This document shows positions 52,094 to 64,000 of a DNA stretch of 64,000 nucleotides, one piece after another. The stretch's first letter is position 1. Each line of letters opens with the position of its first letter. The translations under genes were made by a program, and so were the position numbers. The notes under the pieces were generated by a model. It ran no database searches. It was not told where the DNA came from and saw only the letters and a list, made by a program, of their open reading frames with translations. The stretch is from Utricularia gibba. Its lineage: Eukaryota; Plantae; Magnoliophyta. The stretch is taken from the NCBI GenBank assembly GCA_002189035.1, contig NEEC01000002.1, positions 3,162,001 to 3,226,000 on the forward strand, read 5' to 3'.

Positions 52094-53653
52094 TCAAACA
52101 TTCTCCGGCCAGAACTCTCTGAAAAAGGCGATGTCAAATTCTTTTTCTTGCCACCGCTTCTCACGTTCCTGAATTTTCTTCATCTTCTTTGACGTCACCT
52201 TCACGGGTTCCAGCTTCTTCTTTGCCAACTGAAAATCAGGGGATCAAAAATCTCAACACATGTAGCAGCAACCCCAGTCATGCAGACAAGTAGAAGATCC
52301 AACGATACTACAGATAGAGGCTATATAAGGGTTTCAAGGTTCAAATCCTGCGGATCAAAGAGAGCTGAAGAAGCCCTTAGGGAGACTGTAAAAGAAAGCC
52401 ATATCTCAGAACTGGATCCAAGATTCTGGCCTAACGATACAGCTTAACAATCCACACACGAGAGAATAGAGAGCAGAATCAGGGGTCCTTTTTTCTGAAA
52501 AACTTGGTCAATACATCCTAGAGAAGAATATCAATGCCAGGAAGCAGAAGAAGTTCAAATGCGAGCAGAAACCAGGAAGAAGGAAATAAAGGAAACTGAG
52601 TTTGTTCACAAAAGAAAATTCAGGCTCACTATTGAATCCTCTCGATCATGGGATTTTAACTCTTCCGTAACTGTTCTGGGCTTATCAGCTCCAACGCCTC
52701 GCTTGTTTTTCTTTATAAAAGCCTCCACAGGCTCCAACCTGCCCTGCAACCAATAGGAGGAAAGTTTCATTACAACCAATTGTAATGATCAGGAATACAT
52801 CAAAAAATGTTGCATCATGGCACATCTTTAAGGAAGAATTTATTCCTCGGATAAGTGTATAAAGAAAATAAAAAAAAACATGAATTTCTTCATAAATTCA
52901 ATGCCTAACATCATTTTTACGCCGGCTCAAAACGGAATCAATTGAACATGATAAGACACTAGATCTGAAAAAGCCACCAATTTGCCATCGCCCGCAACTC
53001 ATGAAGCAATTTCAAAAAGCACAAGTGATAGTCAAGCCGTCAAATCCATTCTATGCAAAAACGTATACCTGTTATTCCAATAGAAATCAAATGACCATTA
53101 AGTAGGAAAAATACAACCTAGGTGACAGGTGTACCAGTATACCACATGTATTATCAATCAGACACAAAAGCATCCCCGTAAGCCAAAGGACATGACATAA
53201 TAGCACCCCATATCAAAATGCGAAATCCCGAAAGTAATAGTCCAACACATTGATAAACCCAGTGATATCTATCAATGAGAGTAGGCTCACCACTTACCCT
53301 CAATTACCTTAAAATTAAAAAAAAAACGAAAAAAAAATCCTGTCGAAGCTTAAGAAAAACCAGCAAGTAACCGGAACTAGACAAATTACTTAGGCAAAAG
53401 ACGACGGTAACTGAAAAACAATTACCTGCTCGTGGACGCCGAGTCCAGTCCCTTCTTTCCAGCCGTGCTTCTTCAACAGCTGAAATATGCAATGAAGAAT
53501 AAGAGACAAATTCAGACAACTCAATTCATTCATCCACTCAAACAGAAAAAAAAAAAAAGAGAGAAATCTCGCCTGAAAACCAATATTCGAAGAGGCAATC
53601 GGGTTCGATGAAGAGCACCCCAAACCCTCCGAGGAACCACCGGGAACCGACAT
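52094..53653 (-). CDS. Small G-patch domain protein (~129 aa), 4 exons
   Basis: Exons 53653-53573, 53479-53426, 52743-52630 and 52228-52094 give IASSNIGFQ|LLKKHGWKEGTGLGVHEQ|GRLEPVEAFIKKNKRGVGA..|..KKMKKIQEREKRWQEKEFDIAFFREFWPENV*. Intron 1 is GC-AG. Confidence 0.92.
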
Positions 53654-54228
53654 CCCCTATCGCGAAAAAGGTTTTCGGAAGACATCTGCAGATTCCAATT
53701 CTGTATTTGTAGGCGTATAGTATTAAACTAATAACACGTATTTCTTTTACTTGAATATTTATTTAAAAAAACTTTGGACCTATTAGGTTGGGGTAATTTT
53801 TTTGAATTGATTTTATTTAATTTTTATAGATTTCGATCTTTATCTATTCTTTAGTAAAATTAAAAATCAACATTATGAAATTAATTTTATAAATTATTAA
53901 ATTTCGTAAATATTCATGAGTTTATTCTATGATTTTAACTTGTAATTCAAATCATATAGAATAAAAACGTTTTTAAAATTATAAGAGTATAAAAGTTTTC
54001 TTTTATATAAAATTATCTAAAAGAACAAATTACTCTTTTTTAATTAATTATTTTTTTAATTTTTGAACTAAATAATAATAATAAACAAGGTAATGGGTTC
54101 CTCTTTAATTTCAGATGGTGAGTATTTTCTCGCCGCACTCGGCCTTTACTGTACTGTCGGGCTCTCCTCTCCTCCTGGGCTACCAACACCAATACCAATG
54201 CATTGTGTGTTGAAGACTATGATTGTGA

Positions 54229-54730
54229 CTGGGGTTTCAACCGGATCGGTCAAACCGGTTTGACCGATATATATATTTATATATATATTCATATTATTAT
54301 TATAATGAAATAAAGTACAAACATAATAACTTTAATCATCAAAATTTAAATATAGCATTATTTGTCATCTATCAATATAAAAAATATTGAACATTATTAT
54401 TAAGTTTTCATTAACTCAAACATCGGGCATAAAAAAACAGAAAAATATATTGATTTGAGGTGTCATTTACATACAACTGCAATAACAAAACAAGTATTGA
54501 AAAATTATTAAAATTAAGATTTGATAATGTGCAATTTTACCCAAGAGCCACAAATAGTACTAAAAATTATAAATAAACCATCATTACCTTGCAAATTGAG
54601 AGAATTAATGGCAGGGCTGCTGTTAACAAAAAAAAAATTCTAAATAATCGGTAATCATCTGACCAGTTAACCGGTGAGACAAGAAAAATCGGTTAACCGG
54701 TTTGACTAGCCGGTTAACCGGTAGAATCAC
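54229..54730. mobile_element. Possible degenerate hAT-type MITE
   Basis: Clusters of AACCGG/CCGGTT subterminal motifs at both ends around an AT-rich core. TIR and TSD are not clean. Confidence 0.3.
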
Positions 54731-56571
54731 AATCACAGGTTGAAGTTAATTTGTTTGGTTTTTATAAGAAAAAAGTCAAAATCTTTATGTTGATCTCATA
54801 TAATTTGTCATGCGTGTGACATGGTCTTCCAAAATAAACTTAAATCTTTGCATGGAAGTGGATCTTGCTTCCTCCATTTTTACTTTGATCCAAATTGGTT
54901 CACATCTCTCAATTTTATTGGACCTTAATTTATTTTCAAATCGGATAGAAAATATTCAAAATTCATAAAACCCATTTTAATTTGAAAAGATTAAATGAAT
55001 ATAAAATATGCAAATGAAAACTAATGATAAGTTTTTGCACGAAAAGGAGTGATTAAAACGTATATTTTGGAATTATTCAATCACTTGTTATTAAGTAAAA
55101 TAACAAACGATTATTTACAATATTTAGTATCGGTTAATAGTCCATGTAATACGTAATTTTTATATAATTAATCTTCAAAATTAGGAAGGATTGGAATTTT
55201 TTGTATTATAATGTGAATTTGGATATATTTATAATTTGTTTAATATAAGAAGTTGTTATTTCACAAAATTATTCAATAATCTTTTTATTTGGTATAAATA
55301 ATTTCAAAATACCAATTCTTAACTACTAAGAGGATACTTTAAATGTAAACATTTTTTAGTAATAAATAAGCAATCGTTTCATGTCAAAAAAAAAAAAAAA
55401 AACAACGTAGTTTTATGATATTGTACACTTCAAAATTATCCTCTAATTTCTCTTGTCTCAAATGTCTGAAAAAAAATTGTCGTTAAATGAGAATAAAAGA
55501 ATTAGTTGATTTGAATATATTTTTGTAAACATATTTCGCTTAAAAAAATGGCACAAATATTCACATTTTTTAGAAGTATTTTTTTAAGAATACAACTGAT
55601 GATGATTAGCGGCTTTCAGGGTGAAACCGAAGCTTCTTTTTCAGTGTTAAAAAGGATGAAATCTTTGGATGTCTCATTCGCTCAGATCCCTTGGAGGTAT
55701 CTGTCAACCTCTCTGTCACTGCTATGCCATCCTGGGGAGCGCTGCTTTTCCCAACTGTTGTATCATTATGCTTTTGCGTTTCAATAATGGTTGTCACCAA
55801 ATCCGCCCACAAAGTTCAAATTTTTATCGGAATTGGAATGAAGGGTTTTGGCCCAGATGAGGATTTTGCTCTTTTTTTTTTTTTATCTTAACCTATGAAC
55901 TGGAGGTTCGCACCAGTTTGACCAGGTCCCATTATTGCGGTGATGACAGTGACAAGACAGAAGTAATTTGGTTCTGTTACCAACCAAGGCATGAATGATT
56001 CTTAAATGACTTGATTCCTTACATCCCATTTCTTTCCGGGACCTCTGTCTCTCAGACCGATGCATTATTGAAGATGGGAGCGTGGGCACTGGATCCCATT
56101 GTGTTGAGAGCAACCATTTTTTTTCAATCATATCTGAGGGTGATTTGCTGTCTGATTAGTGTCTACTGAACTGAGAGAATTTACAGCTTCCTTTTCACTT
56201 TTTTTCCCCTTCGTTGGACTGAGAGATGCTCCTGCTGGGGGGGGGGGGGGGTTGTGTTGTAAATGTTCACGTGAAGTTGTATCGGTAGAAGTCAAGCTTT
56301 CTTCATAAATAGTATCCGTGTGTACGAGCGGCTGCTGGCATTTGAGAAGCCACCGTTGCCATTGTTGAAGTGCTTCATCGTCGTGTAGACGAGTACCCAT
56401 TAATTGATGCTTCCCATTCCTTGATGGATTTGCTGTAGGGGAGGCTGAAATGGTGACGGGGGCCAGAGCTCGAGTCGTTGATAACGACATTGCTGCTTTT
56501 GCTAATTTACTTTTGGCCCCAGCATCTCACTGTATTTCAATGGCCTGATTCTTTGTACAGTAGTTGCTAAT

Positions 56572-56728
56572 AGATCTGGAGATTTCGGATGATTGAAAGA
56601 CGAAGAACGCTTTGATCTTGGCTGCTGCTTTCTGGTGACTGGCGTACTTCAGATCTGGAGATTTTGGCTGATTGAAAGATGAACAGTGCTCTATATCTTG
56701 GCTGCTGCTTTCTGATGACTTAGTAACT
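56572..56728. repeat. Two-copy tandem duplication, period 79 bp
   Basis: AGATCTGGAGATTT..TTGAAAGA..ATCTTGGCTGCTGCTTTCTG starts at 56572 and again at 56651. Confidence 0.85.
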
Positions 56729-56760
56729 TTACTTCAGGGTCTTCTTTACTGAATTTTGCA

Positions 56761-58872
56761 ATGGTTGGTGGTATAACGCAATCAGGATATACACATTTCT
56801 TCTTGTTGGTTACCTTAGTTTTACTCTTGAGTGAACTCCCAGGGATAAGATCAGGAGATGGTGAAGCTCTTGCAGCTTTGCAAGTTTCCATTGATCCTCT
56901 GGGCCGTCTTGGATGGGGAAGAGGAAATGGTTTCTGCCAATGGGAAGGTGTGAAGGAATGCATAAACGGGAGGGTCACTAAGCTTGTGGTAGAAAATCTG
57001 AACCTGAGTGGCGCAATTGGAGAAGAAAGCCTGAATCAGTTGGATCAGCTAAGGGTGCTGAGCTTCAAGGGAAACTTGCTTTCTGGGCCAATTCCTCAAC
57101 TTCATGGCCTTGTCAATCTCAAGGCTCTTTTCCTTAACAACAACAGACTCTCAGGTGGAATCCCTTCAAGTCTCTCGCGGTTGCATAGGTTGAAAGTGAT
57201 CATTCTGTTCGGTAACCGGATATCAGGAGGCATTCCACAGTCACTAACTGGCTTGAGCAGACTCTATGTGGTGTATTTGCAAGATAATCAACTTACTGGA
57301 ACTATTCCACCGTTTAACCAGACTAACTTGAGATTCTTTAACGTGTCGAATAATGCACTCTCTGGTAGTATCCCTGTGACTGCTGCATTGAGCAAGTTCA
57401 ACGAGTCTTCTTTCATTGGCAATGTGGCTTTATGCGGTGAACAAGTTGCTATATCGTGTGCTCTTGCTTTATCTCCTAGTCCATCTTCGTTTACTCCTCC
57501 TCCCGCGGCAAGTAGCAGCCATCATAACCAGAAAATGAGGCTCATATTAATAGTTGTTCCAAGCATTGTTGGACTCTGCCTGTTATGCCTCTTAATAACA
57601 TTTGTGATGAGATTCTTGAGGAGGAGAAGTAAGAAGCCTGAGGTTGTGAATAAAGCATCTGAAGAAAGGGAAGATGGGGGTGCAGCTAGCGGTGGCAATG
57701 ACAAAGGCGGCGGCCATGATACTGGAAACAGAGGAGAGTTTTCTTGGGACCATGGAGGGGATGGGCTCGGGAGCTTGGTTTTTCTTGGACCAGGGGATCA
57801 GCAAATGAACTACAGCTTGGAAGATCTTCTGAAGGCTTCGGCTGAGACATTGGGACGGGGTACAGTAGGAAGCACTTACAAGGCGGTGATGGAATCGGGT
57901 TACATTGTTACAGTCAAGAGGCTAAAGGAAGCTGGATATCCAGCAATGGAGGTTTTCAGAAGACATGTTGAGGTTCTGGGAAGACTTAGACATCCAAATT
58001 TGGTTCCACTCAGAGCTTATTTCCAAGCAAAAGAAGAGCGCTTACTTGTCTATGATTACTTTCCAAATGGCAGCCTCTTCTCCCTCCTCCATGGTAAGAA
58101 TCCCCTTGATACTTACAGTTTCTATTATCTCTGATAGAATAGGTGCATTTGGCTTCCATGGTGAAGTTCTTGTTCCAAACTCGATGCAAGTTTCATCATA
58201 TTTTTTGCAGGGTCAAGAGCAGCTGGAGGCTCAAAGCCTCTTCACTGGACTTCATGCCTAAAAATAGCAGAGGACTTGGCAGCAGGGCTGGTTTGCATCC
58301 ATCAGACTCCAGGCCTGGCTCATGGGAATCTCAAGTCTAGCAATGTTCTGCTGGGACCTGAGTTCGAGTCATGCATTACGGACTACGGGTTGAACCCATT
58401 TAGAAACCCGGGCTCCTCAGATGAGACAAGTGCATCCTCATTATTCTATCGAGCTCCTGAGTGCCGTGACAATAGAAAACCTTCAACACAGCAAGCTGAT
58501 GTCTACAGCTATGGCGTCCTTCTACTCGAGCTACTAACTGGGAAGACTCCATTTCAAGACCTTGTACAAGAACATGGCTCGGATATACCAAAATGGGTTC
58601 GGGCTGTGAGGGAGGAAGAGAGCGAGTCAGGTGAGGATCAAGCCTCAGGGAACGAGACAGCTGAGGATAAACTGAATGCTCTTTTGAACATCGCCGTATC
58701 ATGTGTATCCATAGCTCCAGCTGACCGACCCCTGATGAGGGATGTCTTGAGGATGATCAGAGAAGCAAGAGCTGAAGCACACTTGTCTTCTAATAGCAGT
58801 GATCAATCCCCTGGAAGATGGTCTGATACAGTCCAGAACTTGCCCAGGCAAGACCTGCAGTTGAGTATGTGA
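56761..58872 (+). CDS. LRR-III receptor-like pseudokinase (At1g60630-like), 2 exons (56761-58093, 58211-58872)
   Basis: Signal peptide, LRRNT ([10 protein letters not shown]), LRRs, TM helix, [33 protein letters not shown] lacks the catalytic Asp and DFG reads DYG. C-terminus [21 protein letters not shown]. Confidence 0.95.
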
Positions 58873-59678
58873 AGGTTTAGAGTCGGTTCCTGCATGATTT
58901 GAGGTAGATTTTGATCGTATCTGGAAGTTCTACTATTCTTTGCTAAATAGTAGAATCAAACCAAGATCAAAATCATTGGAGAAACAGGGCTGTCTAGTCA
59001 ACTTGAGTTTCAAGTGTCGGTAGATGATGTGGTTATCAGACAGCACTCCGCTGATTTTTCACTATTCAATGGTAGAATTTACTTCTCTAACAACTCTGGG
59101 ATCTCTAATTCATTTTCCTCATTGAATGAAAAACATTTCAAGCCAACTGCCGTCCCATGATTCTTGATCAACCTGGGACTTGGCTGAGTTAAACTATTCC
59201 AACATCGTTTCTATCTCAATGCCGTCTCAGTCGTTGTTGCTTGCCAATGCATATCACATTTTCAAGTGTGAGGCGTATGGTTTGTGACTTGTGTTCAAAA
59301 CACCCTGTCCGTCCTTCACGGGTTAGCAAGGGAAAAGACACAGGCTCATGCTGTTGTAAAAGAACGCCGAAGACACATAAGCCAAGTGCAAGAGTATATA
59401 GCAGGCTTTACTAGACTTTGTCCGGGACTGTAGTGCCATCCATGTCAAGTGAATTGACACTAACTGAGCAACTCTCTCTGTTTCTAGGCTCAGAATGAGC
59501 ACGTTGTGTAGCCAGCTGCTTCGGCAGAAATGGTGCTGTGGAACAGCTCCCGAAGAGACGAAGCCAGGAAACCCAGTTTTATTCGAAACACACAGACATC
59601 AGATTGGTCTGCCACGAGAACTGTCAATCGGCATCCTGGTTCCTGTCACAGAAACCACCATTGCAAACCTTAATATCA

Positions 59679-61156
59679 TCATCTGCTGCTAAATGAAACG
59701 TACAGCAGTTGAACAAATTTTCCACACGACATTGTTTGCTTGTACCTCTGGCGGGGGCGGAAAAAGGTGCTTGCAAGTTCCTCGTTGAGTCGAACAGGGA
59801 GAGGAGGCATTTGGCTCATTATTCCTGGGGCGCTACTCATGCTGCAGCGTTGGCTTAAGTTCAGTAAAAGTCTCAGCTACTGTCAACATGAGTACAGACA
59901 ACTTACTCATTTAAGATCCGGCTTAAGTTGCGCTTTGCACAAAAGAAGAGATAAATGTTCCGCTGCAACTGCTTAACACAAAACAATGGTCCATAAGCAT
60001 GCGCAGTAGCAGAATCCAAAAACAGGAACATCATGTGATCGTGACTTACTGAAAACCATTTACTTTTGATACCTATACGACCCCTTGAGAAAGTAACACA
60101 AAACCTCAAGAGTGCCGCCATAGTTCATGAAGGATACAGCTGCTAAACTATACCTTGAGAGATGAAAGATTGGCAGCAATTTGGCAGAAGACCTGATCAT
60201 TTTGTTCTAAGAGATGTGTGGTCGCAGAGATCATTGCTGCAACAGGAGTGGCCTCAGGTAAGTTAAAGAAGAGATACATACAAGTGTCCAAATGAATGCA
60301 AACAAACCTGCGGAAAGCATCGAATCGCCTGTTGTCGAAGAAACTGTTTTCTCTGGTGAGCTGCTGCTCTTCACTGATGATTCCACCAAAACCTCCTGTG
60401 GAAGGAAAGATTGAAATTCCATTCTTTGCACCACAAGAAGACTGAAGCCGTAGCAACAGAGTAGATAATGAGATGCGTCATGTTGTCAAAACGGTGAAAA
60501 CTAGACATTTTTACATCTAGGCAGCATGACTGCTAATCTACATGAAAGGGAGAGAGGATGAAGTTACCGCCATCCATTTACATCGAAGAACAACATCTCG
60601 TACTGTCTTATGCGGAAGCAACGCTGCAAGCTTTATGTACCTCATTACACTGGTTTCACTTGCGTATCTGTGGATATTTGAACAAACCCAGAAGATAAAG
60701 AGTTTGCTGTTTGTGAAGCCATTTACTATGCTATGCAATGTACATTTCTTCTCAACACCCTTCCATTGCTTATGACAGAAAAACAAGTGATTAGTTGCTC
60801 CCGCACTGGAGATTCTTTCTAACATGTTGTACCGTAGACAGATTGGTACAATACAGAGCAGTTCTCTTTGGGAGAAATAGTTATACAAATACAAAGATCC
60901 TACAGCGACCAACTCAAAGAAGTTCAGGGAAGAACTCCAAGATCTAATCCCCTCACTGAAAAGGTGCATCTCCAAAATAACTGACTTCATCACTTTTGAT
61001 TCTGCATGACAAGGAGGGAGAGGAGGGTACGTACTCAACAAGTCCTTCCTCTAACTTGCGCTGCTCTTCGGGCGTCCACTCCACAGCAAAGCTGGTGTTG
61101 TCCTTAAAACTGGGAACTGAGTCGACACAACTCCGGGCAGCAGATACAGAGAACAT
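59679..61156 (-). CDS. DUF3755 / SANT-Myb-like domain protein (At1g60670-like)
   Basis: EWTPEEQRKLEEGL|YASETSVMRYIKLAALLPHKTVRDVVLRCKWM, THLLEQNDQVFCQIAANLSSLK|LQRNIYLF..RNLSRILN|MSSAPGIMSQMPPLPVRLNEELA. Start and last exon are less certain. Confidence 0.85.
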
Positions 61157-61811
61157 GATTCAAATCCGGTGGAGCGGAAGAGTAGAGAGAATAAAAACGA
61201 ATATGGGGATGCTGTGGCTATAGCAGCAGCAACGTGGTGAAAGGGAAGAACAAGGATCCAGGAGTGGATTCCAAAAACTGGAGAACGACAAGCACAGAAT
61301 CAAATGCCAACTGGTGTCTCTACTTTTTTGCATGGAAGGAGGAGATGCACAAGTACCTCCTTTATTTCCATGCACAGCTCATTTTCTTAGGGGCTGAGAT
61401 TTATGCCATTTTTATGCACAGCTCATCTTTACCAAGAGGGTTTAGGACTTTGTTGAATCGCTTAACCATCGATTTTGGTTTTGGTTCATCACTGGGGAAG
61501 TTTTTGCTGCCTCATGAATTGAGTTAAGAGTTCTGAAACTGACAAACACCCCCTTATTTTTTTTCATCATCCACACTTACTAGACTTGAATCGCTGTGCA
61601 AAACAAATTGGGATGGCACGAAAACTGGTTGTCTCATAAAACAACCCACGGACTTAGGCAAGTTATCACCTTGTCATTCAATCCCGTCAATAACAAATAA
61701 AGATCGAGTGCTGGGAAATGAGTGTTTCTAATGGGCTAAACAGTCCCCTACTTGCATCAAAATCAGAAGGTAGTCTCTTAAGTGACGTTGAATAACCAGA
61801 ACCTGTATACA

Positions 61812-63936
61812 TTAGGAGTACACAACGCCCATCTTCTTGGCGAAATCATCATCATCGTCATTGGCATTGTCATCTTGGCCATCTGTGTATTTTCCTTCCA
61901 CAGCATCTGCATTCTGGTCCTCGTACAGCTCGAGGTCATCTTCACCTTCCTGATTGTAATCATAATCTTCACCATTCTCCTCAACCCCATCGTCAATAGG
62001 TATGTCATCGACCCCATGTATGGTGCTGGAATCAGTTTTTGGAGTGGAATCAGATGCATCTGGTTTCTCCTCCTGTTCGTATACAGCAGCAAACTTTGTC
62101 CTGGCTTCAATTGTGTCCTTAGTAATAGCTGGATCATTGGATGAAGCCATATTACTTGTCTTTCCATTGCCTTCACCCCTCTTTCGCTTCAAAATCTCCT
62201 GAAGAGATTTGGGGCCTTCAAATGATAGACCAGTTCCACCAGGTTGTTCCTCATTAGTCAAACGTTTCCTCTTCCCAAATTGCAGATCAGTTTGCGCCTG
62301 CTCACTTGAGTAAGCACTTTTTCCGTTTTTCAGCTCAGAAAGGCTTTTTGGGGCAGGGAAGTCAGCATTACTGTGAAGTAAAGGGGACTCTCTTCTGCCA
62401 TGGAAAACTGTGTGATCCCTGAGGCCATATGTAAAGGACTCTTCGTTCCCTGATTTTATCACCCCTCTCATTCTTGTGTGGGAGGAGGAAACGCCAACAG
62501 GTTCAGCACCTCCAGATAAAATTGTGTTACCTGGAGACCGTGACCTCCTTGGAAGTTCAATTCTTCCACGAAGGCGGCCACCAAAAGAATTGCCACGAAA
62601 GGAAGCATGACGCACATCCCTATGTTTATCCTGGTACACCTCTCGAGTTTGAATATCATAAGGCAGTTCATGGTTAATGACAGACCTTAAGCTGTTGGGC
62701 TTCTTTGGCTTTATTAACCGACGCCTGAGATCCAAATCATCAATATGACTCAAGGTTCTTGACCGATTATATGGATTATTGTCATAGTAAGGGCCTCCGG
62801 ACATTCTTTCATTCAAAGCTTGGTTTCGTTCTGAAGCAAGATGATGCTGTTCATGAGGATCATAATTCATGGAATCCTGATATCGTTCATCTTCCACACC
62901 AGAAATCATGTAGTAGTCACTGGAGTGGCCAATATCTAACTCATTCCTGGCTTCATATTCCCCGGACATGCCATATCTGTCATCGCCAGCATAGTAATCA
63001 GGGTCTCTTCCCTCATCATCAACAAGGACATCAAACCCTGGAGATGGTTCTCTCGAGACTTCCTCTAAGTCCTTACCGTTCATGCCTTCAGTTTCACCCA
63101 TATGATGCAACTGTTGAGCACGATCAGGCCTTCCAACAGGGTTTCCATTGGAGATGGGGCGGCCAGGCCGATGCCCATTGGACTCATTTATATCAGCGGC
63201 TGAAAACGCATTTCTAAAAGGAGCAGGCACATCTTTGGTTAGTTTTTCTTGCGAGGCAGCGGTAATAGGTTTAGCAGCAGAAGCAGATAGAACCTTCTTA
63301 TCTAAAACCCTTTTTTGCATTCCGCTGGAACCTACTTTAACAACTGCATTCTCAGCAGCAAGAGCCGTTACTGGCACTGGCAAGACCTTGCTACCTGAGG
63401 AAATTGGCGCATGGAGAAACGGACACCAGTCACCTTTCATGCAATGCCCTTTCTTGAAAAACACACAAGGCACTGTTGCGGAATTTGGTACAAGGGGGAT
63501 GGCTGTGGTCACAGGACGTGGTGTGGAAGAAGAGGATCCAGTAGATGCGGCTACCTGATTTCCACGCAGCCCATCAAGAGGCTGAAGAAACATGATTTGA
63601 AAACAAATGAGTCGGCAAATTATCAACATAAGAGGAAAAAGAAAGCACTCATGCTTATTACACCAAAAACGTTTTGCGATAACTTATTTGGAAACGTTTT
63701 TTGTTTTTGGCTACACGTTGAAAAGACCATGCGGTATTGTGCAGGTTCTTAAGATTATAAAAATAATTTTAAAATCCCAAAGAAACAACAAAGTATTCAA
63801 ATCCTCCCAATATCAAATGCCTTACCGGATGCCTGAAAGCACACTTTGGGTTTAAGCATTTGCTCGTCTGCCAATACCAGCAGTCCCTGGGATTTAATCG
63901 TGCAACCTCACTGTGCCGGTAATCGCACTCATTTCC
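61812..63936 (-). CDS. CCCH zinc finger protein, C3H17 (At2g02160)-like; first exon lies beyond the window end
   Basis: Exon 63936-63826 encodes GNECDYRHSEVARLNPRDCWYWQTSKCLNPKCAFRHP. Exon 63581-61812 encodes PLDGL..VPCVFFKKGHCMKGDWCPFLH..REPSPGFDVLVDD..FPAPKSLSEL..FEGPKSLQEILKRKR..DDDDFAKKMGV. Confidence 0.93.
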
Positions 63937-64000
63937 CTAAAAGAAATCAGGAAAAAAAATGTCCTAAGAAATGCCAACAGGAAATAAAAACCAAACTTCT

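Noticed and set aside
56128-56490. 120-aa minus-strand ORF upstream of the RLK
   Set aside because: No domain. It crosses a G15 homopolymer and looks like antisense of the RLK leader region.
1-64000. tRNA, rRNA, conserved miRNA hairpins, CRISPR arrays or prokaryotic operons
   Set aside because: None were seen by eye. The spliced plant genes and plant TEs indicate eukaryotic nuclear DNA; tRNAscan and Rfam were not run.

Overview
This is 64 kb of eudicot nuclear DNA, probably asterid/Lamiales (inferred from protein sequence resemblance, not from a search). It is a gene-rich stretch interrupted by AT-rich, degenerate transposon blocks. Intron-containing genes, in order: THO2 (minus strand, 3' part runs off the window), ALKBH10C-like AlkB-family gene (-), cytokinin receptor AHK4/CRE1 (+), a 5'-truncated GARP/G2-like MYB gene (+), At2g02148-like zinc-ribbon protein (-), plastid lipoyl synthase LIP1p (+), a small G-patch protein (-), an At1g60630-like LRR pseudokinase (+), a DUF3755/SANT gene (-) and a C3H17-like CCCH zinc finger gene (-, 5' exon outside the window). 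There is also an intronless K/E-rich At5g60030-like gene (-) with a dead tandem duplicate. Mobile DNA with verifiable ends: a MULE-type MITE (10-bp TSD), a hAT MITE (8-bp TSD), a PIF/Harbinger element with a nested solo LTR (5-bp TSD), and a complete 4.4-kb MULE (10-bp TSD) carrying a spliced Ulp1-like protease gene. Athila-like, gypsy, copia and PMD remnants are also present. Main points for follow-up: (1) three conserved genes (THO2, AHK4, LIP1p) each lack exactly one G, which most likely reflects consensus errors; (2) the At5g60030-like protein may be an unrecognised RNA Pol I A14/Ker1-like subunit; (3) the MULE keeps its protease catalytic triad while its transposase is internally deleted; (4) AHK4 has unusual substitutions; (5) three GC-AG introns. 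No clearly new multi-gene system is demonstrable from sequence alone. Family assignments are from recalled sequences, with no database search run.
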